Translations under genes and position numbers: made by a program | Notes under the pieces: generated by a model | Told to the model about the DNA's origin: nothing | Databases searched by the model: none | Seen by the model: only the letters and a program-made list of their open reading frames with translations | Shown: piece by piece, positions 1 through 10,595 of the stretch | Position numbering within the stretch: the first letter of the stretch is position 1 | Layout of the letters: each line of letters begins with the position of its first letter | Origin: Malacoraja senta | Lineage: Eukaryota | Assembly (NCBI GenBank): GCA_038087875.1 | Contig: JAXLNO010000508.1 | Location: forward strand, 61,736 to 81,735 | Reading direction: 5' to 3' | Length of the DNA stretch: 20,000 nt

Positions 1-79
1 AAGGTGCCCTTCACACATCCCTCCTGAAGCAGAGGCCAATTGTTGCAAATGAGAGTCCACCCCTTCTGGTCCTGAAGGT

Positions 80-270
80 CGACGCAGAAAGCGGAGTAAC
101 TCAGCGGGACAGGCACCATCTCTGGAGAGAAGGAATGGGACTGAAGAAGGGTCTTGATCCGAAACGTCACCCATTCCTTCTCTCCAGAGATGCTGCCCAT
201 CCCGCTGAGTTACTCCAGCACTTTGTGTCTATCTTCGATTTAAACCAGCATCTGCAGTTCTTTCCCACAC
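80..270 (+). mobile_element. Penelope-like element (PLE)-type terminal fragment with inverted duplication
   Basis: Seen: inverted arms 93-139/170-216 (44 of 47 bp complementary) around CTGAAGA..GAAACGTC. Established: PLE pseudo-LTRs carry minimal hammerheads, and truncated insertions often have an inverted terminal copy. Outer boundaries are approximate; no RT or GIY-YIG coding sequence is visible. Confidence 0.6.
131..178 (+). ncRNA. Minimal type I hammerhead ribozyme motif
   Basis: CTGAAGA (141-147), extra A148, helix II GGGT(149-152)/ATCC(157-160) with CTTG loop, GAAA (161-164), loopless palindromic helix III ACGT (164-167), GTC cleavage triplet (166-168). Helix I is formed by AGGAATGGG(131-139)/CCCATTCCT(170-178), with an A140/A169 mismatch next to the core. 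Confidence 0.7.
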
Positions 271-435
271 ACGAAATCCAGCCGGTGCCAGGAATGCAAC
301 CTATTATCCCCATGTATGGATGGTGTGGGATATATGTACCAAAGCACAGAGACAGGGGGGGGGGAGTTAGTCGGGTTAGTTTAGACATACAGCGGCTAAT
401 CTCAGCAGACTCAAGATGGTGCAGGTGAAGTAACA

Positions 436-449
436 ACACACACACACAC
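436..449 (+). repeat. (AC)7 microsatellite
   Basis: Direct reading. Confidence 0.9.
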
Positions 450-959
450 GGTGGTAGATCCGCGGCCACTGGTTCAGGAGATGGATCCAATTATTGACCA
501 ACAGGCTGTGGGTGGAATCCGACTGTGACAGACAGACTCCACAGTGGGACACAGTGTCCACAGGAGCGGGTGTTCACTCTGATCAATAACTCAGACACAG
601 TGAACTTCACAATGTGAACCCCTCTCTCCCAATCACACCGTCCCGGAGAGCTGCCTGCCTGCCTGCCTGTCCCGAGCACTGGGACAACTCTGGGTAAAGT
701 CCCACTGAAGGCAAGAACAACATTCTAGTGGCTCCCGGCCGGCAGCAGTGAGAGAAAAAGAGGGTTAGTTTCAGCTGTCTGAAAATAAGAAAAATCACAG
801 CAGCGTTAATTCACAAATATTTCACTGAGAGGATTGATTTTCTTCACATACTCTTGTACAACGATCATCAGTTGGGAACTTGTAACATGATGAGAATCAA
901 GTCAACACCAGTTAACACACGGATGGAGTTATAAAACTTGAATTGTTCTGCTCACTTAC

Positions 960-1035
960 CAGGGACTCCAACGGCAGCAATGATCACGTACAGGATTTTC
1001 TGCACACCCAAATATTCATAAAGCTTTCCCCCCAT
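960..1035 (-). CDS. Probable first coding exon of a class A GPCR, GPR139/GPR142-like (MGGKLYEYLGVQKILYVIIAAVGVP + 1 nt); rest of gene presumably left of the window
   Basis: Minus strand: AAA-ATG-G Kozak context at 1035, 76 nt open (25 codons + 1), ending at consensus donor G|GTAAGT (intron starts at 959). The peptide resembles TM1 ending in G-x-P-x-N as in GPR139, which from recall has a phase-1 intron at this point. No exon 2 recognised in 1-950. Confidence 0.62.
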
Positions 1036-1115
1036 TTTCTCTGCCCAGCGACGTGTCCCCGTGAGCTACCGGAAATGTCTCGGAATGAAATGCTGGGACA
1101 GAACATTCCTAGAGA

Positions 1116-1122
1116 TTTTATA
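1116..1122 (-). promoter_or_regulatory. Candidate TATA box for the GPCR exon
   Basis: TATAAAA on the minus strand about 80 bp upstream of the ATG at 1035, followed by initiator-like CATTTC/TCATTCC about 30-36 bp downstream. Confidence 0.4.
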
Positions 1123-1947
1123 CCATTTTCCGTCTCCACCGGGACAGTGAAGTTTCAACAGAGTTTAAAAATAGAGATTTAGAAATGATTCACAAACAGA
1201 TGACATCAGCCGAGTGAAATCCCTGCTGAGACAGGTTGTGATTTAATCAGGGAATTGATTGAGAAACTCCAAAGACTGGGAATTGTGATGATAGATACTG
1301 AGGGATGGAAATTGGGAGCGGCGGCATTGTTCCAGCAAAGGGGATATTGTTTCAAACTCCATCAGATCCAACTCTCCACCTCATGTTGTTTGTCTGATTT
1401 CCTTCAATCCGTTTCACTCAGCAAGGCAATGCCAAATTCCAGGGACCCTCTCAGGGCTTCTGGTGCCCAGTTTGAAGGTGGACTGGACTGGGCGACCTTT
1501 GTCCACAGGTTGAGGAATTGGGGAGGAACGTCTATCCTTGCGTGGATCTCTGGAGCCCAAGTATGGGTGTTGTGGGCCGAAGGGACTGGTTTCCAGAGGG
1601 ATAGTATGGACAATGTGGACTGAATGGATTCTTGGACTTACAGTTCAGTGAAGTCACGACTGGTGGGCTGGCACTTCAGTCAATTACAGCTGGTGTGGTG
1701 GCAGTTCACTCAGTTACCCCTCCTCCCTTCACTCCACAACTCTGCTCCTTGCCATTCCCCTCCCCCCCACACTCACATTCAGTCCATCTCCCCTCAACCT
1801 CCCCCCTCCCCCAGGCACTCTTAGTGGCTCTCCGACAGCGCAGGCATTCCTGCCTATTAGGTACCCATTGTGTTGAAGAACACGCAGACATGGCAAGTGG
1901 AAACATGATTAATTAAAGTTTAAAATGTGAACGAGTATTAAAACATT

Positions 1948-2287
1948 GCAAGTACAACACCACAGCATTCCAAGCAGAATGGAGGCAGCAAATCCAACCT
2001 CACTCCAAGCAGAGTGGAGACAGCAAGTCCAACACCACAGCACTCCAAGCAGAGTGCAGGCAGCAAATCCAACCTCACTCCAAGCAGAGTGTATGCAGCA
2101 AGTCCAACCTCACAGCACACCAAGCAGAGTGGTGGCTGCAAGTCCAACCTCACAGCACTCCAAGCAGAGTGCAGGCAGCAAATCCAACCTTACAGTACTC
2201 CAAGCAGAGTGGTGGCTGCAAATCCAACCTCACAGCACTCCAAGCAGAGTGCAGGCAGTAAGTGCAACCCCACAGCACTCCAAGCAG
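1948..2287 (+). repeat. Minisatellite, 40-bp unit (GCAAGTCCAACCTCACAGCACTCCAAGCAGAGTGCAGGCA) with 35-bp variants, about 9 copies
   Basis: Units start at 1948, 1988 (35 bp), 2023, 2063 (35 bp), 2098, 2138, 2178, 2218 and 2258 (cut by the LINE). Confidence 0.95.
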
Positions 2288-2968
2288 GTGCAGCAGGCAG
2301 TGAAGAAAGCGAATGGTATGTTGGCCTTCATAGCAAGAGGATTTGAGTATAGGAGCAGGGAGGTTCTACTGCAGTTGTACAGGGTCTTGGTGAGACCACA
2401 CCTGGAATATTGCGTACAGTTTTGGTCTCCAAATCTGAGGAAGGACATTATAGCCATAGAGGGAGTGCAGAGAAGGTTCACCAGACTGATTCCTGGGATG
2501 TCAGGACTTTCATATGAAGAAAGACTGGATAGACTTGGCTTATACTCGCTAGAATTTAGGAGATTGAGAGGGGATCTTATAGAAACGTACAAAATTCTTA
2601 TGGGGTTGGACAGGCTAGATGCAGGAAGATTGTTCCCGATGTTGGGGAAGTCCAGGAGAAGGGGTCACAGCTTAAGGATAAGGGGGAAATCCTTTAAGAC
2701 CGAGATGAGGAAAAACTTTTTCACACAGAGAGTGGTGAATCTCTGGAACTCTCTGCCGCAGAGGGTAGTTGAGGCCAGTTCATTGCCTATATTTAAGAGG
2801 GAGTTAGATGTGGCCCTTGTGGCTAAAGGGATCAGGGGGTATGGAGAGAAGGCAGGTACGGGATACTGAGTTGGATGATCAGCCATGATCATATTGAATG
2901 GCGGTGCAGGCTCGAAGGGCCGAATGGCCTACTCCTGCACCTATTTTCTATGTATCTATGTATCTATG
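2284..2968 (+). mobile_element. 5'-truncated CR1-clade LINE (ORF2 C-terminus, 3' UTR, octamer tail)
   Basis: Translation QQAVKKANGMLAFI..LYRVLVRPHLEYCVQFWSP..LGLYSLEFRRLRGDLIETYKI..FFTQRVVNLWNSLP is typical CR1 ORF2; stop ends at 2869; 3' stem GGTGCAGG(2903-2910)/CCTGCACC(2934-2941) encloses a GGCC-GAAT-GGCC hairpin; tail is (TATCTATG)n. Confidence 0.96.
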
Positions 2969-3010
2969 ATGCGGGCAGCAACTCCAACCCCACGGCACTC
3001 CAAGCACTCC
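2969..3010 (+). repeat. Last unit of the 40-bp minisatellite, resuming after the CR1 insertion
   Basis: ATGCGGGCAGCAACTCCAACCCCACGGCACTCCAAGCA matches the unit and continues its phase. Confidence 0.88.
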
Positions 3011-3013
3011 AAC

Positions 3014-3252
3014 AGAGACACACACACACACAGACACACACACACAGAGACACACTCACAGAGACACACACAGACAAACACACAGACACACACACAGAAA
3101 CACACACAGACATACACACAAACACAAAGACACACACAAACACACACACACACACATATACAGAAAGACACACACACATACACACAAACAAATAGTCACA
3201 CTCACACACACACACAAACAAACACACACACACAGACACACACTCACACACA
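3014..3252 (+). repeat. Degenerate (CA)n microsatellite with GA/AA/TA interruptions
   Basis: Direct reading; it produces the spurious TH/CV ORFs. Confidence 0.95.
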
Positions 3253-3771
3253 GCACCAATACTAAAATGCCAAATAACTTCAGAATGTGGTAAGCATACT
3301 GAATCCTGTTACTAACCATATATTCTATGTAAGTAATTTGAAAATAAGAACACAGATGTGTCTAAACCAAATGATTCAAATGTTTAAAGCCTTTTTTTAT
3401 TCTAAAACACTCCTCTCGAACTGCTGCTACTGCAAAAACTTGCTTTAAATAACTTTCAACAAACACACACACTCACCATATGTATGGCAGTGAGCTCTCT
3501 TGAATTACTCAAATGGTTCAGGGCGGCATCTCCACTTTGGCCCTTCTGCACTGAGCGCCACCTCTGAACTCACCGGAAATGATGCAATCAGCACCATCTC
3601 TCCACTAAGCGGAAGTCACGGAATGAGCGGCAATTTTGCATTAAACACAGTCGTGATCTAATAAAACGTTTAATCGCGCGTTTTCCTTCCAAAAACGGTT
3701 GCACAGCAAGCCACATTTAAAATTCAAGCTACATTTAAAAAGCAAAACACATATTAAAATATAGGCACAGT

Positions 3772-3888
3772 TTAGCGGCACAGTCAAAAGGCACACGTTC
3801 AATTAGCGGCACAGTCAAAAGGCACACTTTTCAATTAGTGCCACAGTCAAAAGGCACACTTTTCAATTAGCGGCACAGTCAAAAGGCA
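3772..3888 (+). repeat. 32-bp tandem repeat TTAGCGGCACAGTCAAAAGGCACACTTTTCAA, about 3.7 copies
   Basis: Copies start at 3772, 3803, 3835 and 3867. Confidence 0.93.
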
Positions 3889-4316
3889 TGTAAAACATTT
3901 ATTCCTTCCAAACACAGTTCCAAATAAACCACATAAAAGCACATCAAACCACACTCACAGTTTAGTAGACATGTGTTCAGTGTTCAGTTTATTCACAGCT
4001 CAGACTGAGAGTCGTGACCTCTCCCTCGCAATCTACTAGCGACTGCGGAACGTCCACACTTCCGGGTTTATAGTCCCTCCCACTCCCAACGGATGGGGCG
4101 TGGTCTTCATGGTGTGATTGACAGGAGAGAGAACCTCAACATTTTTTAAACAGTAATAATTCTTTTATTTTTCATCGATGGGAAAATTCCTCTGGCCCTG
4201 ACAGCTGGAGGGGGACTCTGAGTAAGACGGCCAAAAATCCCAGCCGTAAAAGGTAGCGATTTTTCTAAAATCAATATAGAGTGCAAACAGGAAGTGGTCA
4301 AGATTTGACTTTTAAT

Positions 4317-7300
4317 CACTTGCCTTCGCATTTTGAAAGCAATCGCACTTGCCTTTGCATTTTCAAAACAACCGCACTTGCCTTTGCATTTCAAAGCAAC
4401 CGCACATGCCTTTGCATTTTCAAAGTAAACCACCTTTCGCATTTTCAAAGCAAACCACCTTTTGCATTTTCAAAGCAAACCATCTATTGCATTTTCAAAG
4501 CAAATCTTTTTGCATTTACAAAGCTAACCACCTTTTGCACTTTCAAAGCAAACCACCTTTTGCATTTTCAAAGCAAACCAACTTTTGCATTTTCAAAGCA
4601 AACCACCTTTTGCATGTTCAAAGCAAACCACCTTTTGCATGTTCAAGGCAAACCACCTTTTGCATTTTCAAAGCAAACCACCTTTTGCATTTTCAAAGCA
4701 AACCAGCTTTTGCATTTTCAAAGCGAACCACCTTTTCCATTTTCAAAGCAAACCACCATTTGCATTTTCAAAGCAAACAACCTTTTGCATTTTCAAAGCA
4801 AACCACCTTTTGCATTTTCAAAGCAAACCACTTTTGCAATCTCAAACCAATCCTTTTTGTATTTTCAAACCAAACTTTTTCCCTTTTGCAAACCAAACCA
4901 CCATTTGCATTTTCAAACCAAACCAGCATTTGCATTTTTAAACCAAACCACCATTTGCATTTTCAAACCAAACCAGCATTTGCATTTTCAAACCAAACCA
5001 CCATTTTCTTTTTCAAACCAAACCTTCATTTGCACTTTCAAAGCAAACCTTTTGCATTTTCAAAGCAAACCTTTTGCATACTCAAACCAAACCACCATTT
5101 GCATTTTCAATGCAATCCTTTTGCATTTTCATACCAAATCTTTTGCATTTTCAAACACAACCACCATTTGCATTTTCAAACAAAACCACCATTTGCATTT
5201 TCAAACCAAACCACCATTTACATTTTCAAACCAATCCACCATTTGCATTTTCAAACCAAACCATCATTTGCATTTTCAAACCAAACCACCATTTGCATTT
5301 TCAAACCAAACCTCCTTTTACATTTTCAAACCGAACCCCCTTTTGCACTTTCAAAGCAAACCGCCTTTCGCATTTTCAAAGCAAACTGCCTTTTGCATTT
5401 TCAAAGCAAACCGCCTTTTGCATTTTCAAATCCATCCTTTTGCATTTTCAAAGCAAACCACCGTTAGCATTTTTAAAGCAAACCACCGTTTGCATTTTCA
5501 AAGCAAATTTGTTTTCCATTTTCGAAGCAAACCGCCATTTGCCTTTTCGAAGCAGACCGCCATTTGCATTTTCGAAGCAAACCATCTTTTGCATTTGCAA
5601 AGCAAACCACCTTTTTTCATTTTCAAAGCAAACCACCTTTTGCATTTTCAAAGCAAAACATTTTTCGCATTTTCAAAGCAAACCAACTTTTGCATTTTCA
5701 ACCCAATCCTTTTGCATTTTCAAACCAAACCTTTAGCATTTTCGAACCAATCCACCATTTGCATTTTCAAACCAAACCAGCATTTGCATTTTCAAACCAA
5801 ACCATCATTTGCATTTTCAAACCAAACCACCATTTGCATTTTCAAACCAAACCACCGAACCCCCTTTTTCATTTTCAAACGGAACCACCTTTTGCATTTT
5901 CAGGATACTTTTTGCATTTTCGAAGCAAACCTTTTGCATTTTCAAAGCAAATCTTTGCATTTTCAAAGCAAATCTTTGCATTTTCAAAGCAAACCATTTG
6001 CATTTTCAAAGCAAACCACCTTTTGCATTTTCAGACCAAACCACCTTTTGCATTTTTAAAGCAAACCACCCTTTGTATTTTCAAAGCAAACCACATTTTG
6101 CATTTTCAAAGCATACTACCTTTTGTATTTTCAAAGCAAACCACCATTATCATTTTCAAAGTAAACCTTTTGTATTTTCAAAGCAAACCTTTTGCATTTT
6201 CAAAGCAAAATACCATTTGCATTTTCAAAGCAATCCACCTTCAGCATTTTTAAAGCAAACCACCTTTTGCATTTTCAAAGCAAACCACCATTTGCATTTT
6301 CAAACAAAACTACCATTTGCATTTTCAAACCAAACCACCATTTACATTTTCAAACCAATCCACCATTTGCATTTTCAAACCAAACCATCATTTCCATTTT
6401 CAAACCAAAGCACCATTTGCATTTTCAAACCAAACCTCCTTTTACATTTTCAAACCGAACCCCCTTTTGCATTTTCAAACCGAACCTCCTTTTACATTTT
6501 CAAAGCAAACGTTGTGCATTTTCAAAGTAAACCTTTTGCATTTTTAAAGCAAACATTTTGCATTTTGAAAACAAACCATTTACATTTTCAAAGCAAACAT
6601 TTTGCATTTTCAAAGCACCTTTTGAATTTTCAAAGCAAAGCACCTTTTGCATTTTCAAACCAAACCACATGTTGCACTTTCAAAGCAAACCGCCTTTCGC
6701 ATTTTCAAAGCAAACAACGTTTTGCATTTTCAAAGCAAACCACCTTTTGCATTTTGCAAAGCAAACCACCTTTTGTATGAAGCAAACCACCATTTGCATT
6801 TTCAAAGCAAACCTTTTGTATTTTCAAAGCAAACCTTTTGCATTATCAAAGCAAAACACCATTTGCATTTTCAAAGCAAACTACCGTTAGCATTTTTAAA
6901 GCAAAGCACCGTTTGCATTTTCAAAGCAAAAATGTTTTCCATTGTCGAAGCAAACCGCCATTTGCCTTTTCGAAGCAAACCGCCATTTACATTTTCGAAG
7001 CAAACCATCTTTTGCATTTGCAAAGCAAACCACCTTTTGCATTTTCAAAGCAAACCACCTTTTGCATTTTCAAAGCAAAACATCTTCCGCATTTTCAAAG
7101 CAAACCAACTTTTGCATTTTCAACCCAATCCTTTTGCATTTTCAAACCAAAGCTTTAGCATTTTCGAACCAATCCACCATTTGCATTTTCAAACCAAACC
7201 AGCATTTGCATTTTCAAACCAAACCATCATTTGCATTTTCAAACCAAACCATCATTTCCATTTTCAAACCAAACCACCATTTCCATTTTCAAACCAAACC

Positions 7301-10300
7301 ACCATTTGCATTTTCAAACCAAACCACCATTTGCATTTTCAAACCAAACCACCGAACCCCCTTTTTCATTTTCAAACGGAACCACCTTTTGCATTTTCAG
7401 GATACTTTTTGCATTTTCGAAGCAAACCTTTTGCATTTTCAAAGCAAATCTTTGCATTTTCAAAGCAAACCATTTGCATTTTCAAAGCAAACATTTTGCA
7501 TTTTCAAAGCAAACCACCTTTTGCATTTTCAGACCATACCACCTTTTGCATTTTTAAAGCAAACCACCCTTTGTATTTTCAAAGCAAACCGCATTTTGCA
7601 TTTTCAAAGCATACTACCTTTTGTATTTTCAAAGCAAACCACCATTTGCATTTTCGAAGCAAACCTTTTGTATTTTCAAAGCAAATCTTTTGCATTTTCA
7701 AAGCAAAACACCATTTGCATTTTCAAAGCAACCCACCTTTAGCATTTTTAAAGCAAACCACCTTTTGCATTTTCAACGCAAACCACCATTTGCATTTTCA
7801 AACAAAACCACCATTTGCATTTTCAAACCAAACCACCATTTACATATTCAAACCAATCCACCATTTGCATTTTCAAACCAAACCTTTAGCATTTTCGAAA
7901 CAATCCACCATTTGCATTTTCAAACCAAACCAGCATTTGCATTTTCAAACCAAACCATCATTTGCATTTTCAAACCAAACCATCATTTCCATTTTCAAAC
8001 CAAACCACCATTTGCATTTTCAAACCAAACCACCATTTGCATTTTCAAACCAAACCACCATTTGCATTTTCAAACCAAACCACCGAACCCCCTTTTTCAT
8101 TTTCAATCGGAACCATCTTTTGCATTTTCAAACCGAACCTCCTTTTACATTTTCAAAGCAAACATTTTGCATTTTCAAAGTAAACCTTTTGCATGTTTAA
8201 AGCAAACATTTGCATTTTGAAAACAAACCATTTGCATTTTCAAAGCACACATTTTGCATTTTCAAAGCACCTTTTGAATTTTCAAAGCAAACCGCCTTTC
8301 GCATTTTCAAAGCAAACTGCCTTTTGCATTTTCAAAGCAAACAGCCTTTTGCATTTTCAAAGCAAACCGCCTTTTGCATTTTCAAAGCAAACCACCTTTT
8401 GTATTTTCAAAGCAAACCACATGTTGCATTTTCAAAGCAAACAACATTTTGCATTTTCAAAGCAAACCACCTTTTGCATTTTGCAAAGCAAACCACCTTT
8501 TGTATGAAGCAAACCACCTTTTGCATTTTCACAGCAAACAACTTTTGCATTTTCAAAGCAAAGCACCTTTGGCATTTTCAAAGCAAACCACCATTTGCAT
8601 TTTCAAAGCGAACCTTTTGCATTTTCAAATCCATCCTTTTGCATTTTCAAAGCAAACCTTTTGTATTTTCAAAGCAAACCTTTTGCATTATCAAAGCAAA
8701 ACACCATTTGCATTTTCAAAGCAAACCACCTTTAGCATTTTTAAAGCAAACCACCGTTTGCATTTTCAAAGCAAATTTGTTTTCCATTTTCGAAGCAAAC
8801 CGCCATTTGCCTTTTCGAAGCAGACCGCCATTTGCATTTTCGAAGCAAACCATCTTTTGCATTTGCAAAGCAAACCACCTTTTGCATTTTCAAAGCAAAC
8901 CACCTTTTGCATTTTCAAAGCAAAACATTTTTCGCATTTTCAAAGCAAACCAACTTTTGCATTTTCAACCCAATCCTTTTGCATTTTCAAACCAAACCTT
9001 TAGCATTTTCGAACCAATCTACCATTTGCATTTTCAAACCAAACCAGCATTTGCATTTTCAAACCAAACCATCATTTGCATTTTCAAACCAAACCACCAT
9101 TTGCATTTTCAAACCAAACCACCGAACCCCCTTTTTCATTTTCAAACGGAACCACCTTTTGCATTTTCAGGATACTTTTTGCATTTTCGAAGCAAACCTT
9201 TTGCATTTTCAAAGCAAATCTTTGCATTTTCAAAGCAAATCTTCGCATTTTCAAAGCAAACCATTTGCATTTTCAAAGCAAACATTTTGCATTTTCAAAG
9301 CAAACCACCTTTTGCATTTTCAGACCAAACCACCTTTTGCATTTTTAAAGCAAACCACCCTTTGTATTTTCAAAGCAAACCACATTTTGCATTTTCAAAG
9401 CATACTACCTTTTGTATTTTCAAAGCAAACCACTATTATCATTTTCAAAGTAAACCTTTTGTATTTTCAAAGCAAACCTTTTGCATTTTCAAAGCAAAAT
9501 ACCATTTGCATTTTCAATCCAATCCACCTTTAGCATTTTTAAAGCAAACCACCTTTTGCATTTTCAAAGCAAACCACCATTTGCATTTTCAAACAAAACT
9601 ACCATTTGCATTTTCAAACCAAACCACCATTTACATTTTCAAACCAATCCACCATTTGCATTTTCAAACCAAACCATCATTTCCATTTTCAAACCAAAGC
9701 ACCATTTGCATTTTCAAACCAAACCTCCTTTTACATTTTCAAACCGAACCCCCTTTTGCATTTTCAAACCGAACCTCCGTTTACATTTTCAAAGCAAACA
9801 TTTTGCATTTTCAAAGTAAACCTTTTGCATTTTTAAAGCAAACATTTGCATTTTGAAAACAAACCATTTGCATTTTCAAAGCAAACATTTTGCATTTTCA
9901 AAGCACCTTTTGAATTTTCAAAGCAAAGCACCTTTTGCATTTTCAAACCAAACCACCTGTTGCACTTTCAAAGCAAACCGCCTTTCGCATTTTCAAAGCA
10001 AACAACGTTTTGCATTTTCAAAGCAAACCACCTTTGGCATTTTGCAAAGCAAACCACCTTTTGTATGAAGCAAACCACCTTTTGCATTTTCACAGCAAAC
10101 AACTTTTGCATTTTCAAAGCAAAGCACCTTTGGCATTTTCAAAGCAAACCACCATTTGCATTTTCAAAGCAAACCTTTTGTATTTTCAAAGCAAACCTTT
10201 TGCATTATCAAAGCAAAACACCATTTGCATTTTCAAAGCAAACTACCGTTAGCATTTTTAAAGCAAAGCACCGTTTGCATTTTCAAAGCAAAAATGTTTT

Positions 10301-10595
10301 CCATTGTCGAAGCAAACCGCCATTTGCCTTTTCGAAGCAAACCGCCATTTGCATTTTCGAAGCAAACCATCTTTTGCATTTGCAAAGCAAACCACCTTTT
10401 GCATTTTCAAAGCAAACCACCTTTTGCATTTTCAAAGCAAATCATCTTTCGCATTTTCAAAGCAAACCAACTTTTGCATTTTCAACCCAATCCTTTAGCA
10501 TTTTCGAACCAATCCACCATTTGCATTTTCAAACCAAACCAGCATTTGCATTTTCAAACCAAACCATCATTTGCATTTTCAAACCAAACCATCAT
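4317..10595 (+). repeat. 25-bp satellite array, left part (monomer GCATTTTCAAAGCAAACCACCTTTT; second type GCATTTTCAAACCAAACCACCATTT; 19-22 bp deletion variants)
   Basis: Continuous head-to-tail monomers; the 25-bp period explains the 25-aa HFQSKPPFAFSKQTTFCIFKANHLL repeat seen in all three + frames. Confidence 0.98.

Noticed and set aside
1568..1600. GGGCCGAAGGGACTGGTTTCC resembling a CR1/SINE 3' end
   Set aside because: Similarity is too short and there is no tail or upstream body; not supportable without a database search.
1700..1815. C-rich tract with G-quadruplex potential on the minus strand
   Set aside because: Ordinary low-complexity sequence with no supporting context.
135..1916. 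Short ORF-track entries of 60-120 aa in the left flank
   Set aside because: No recognisable domains; several overlap repeats; lengths are as expected by chance.
1946..2869. 307-aa ORF as a novel repeat-RT fusion protein
   Set aside because: Chance in-frame read-through from a minisatellite into a truncated CR1 ORF2 that lacks the RT catalytic motifs.
2875..3319. His/Thr-rich and Cys/Val-rich ORFs
   Set aside because: Translations of the (CA)n microsatellite.
5519..5537. CENP-B box in TTCGAAGCAAACCGCC variants
   Set aside because: Matches TTCG....A..C but lacks the required CGGG.
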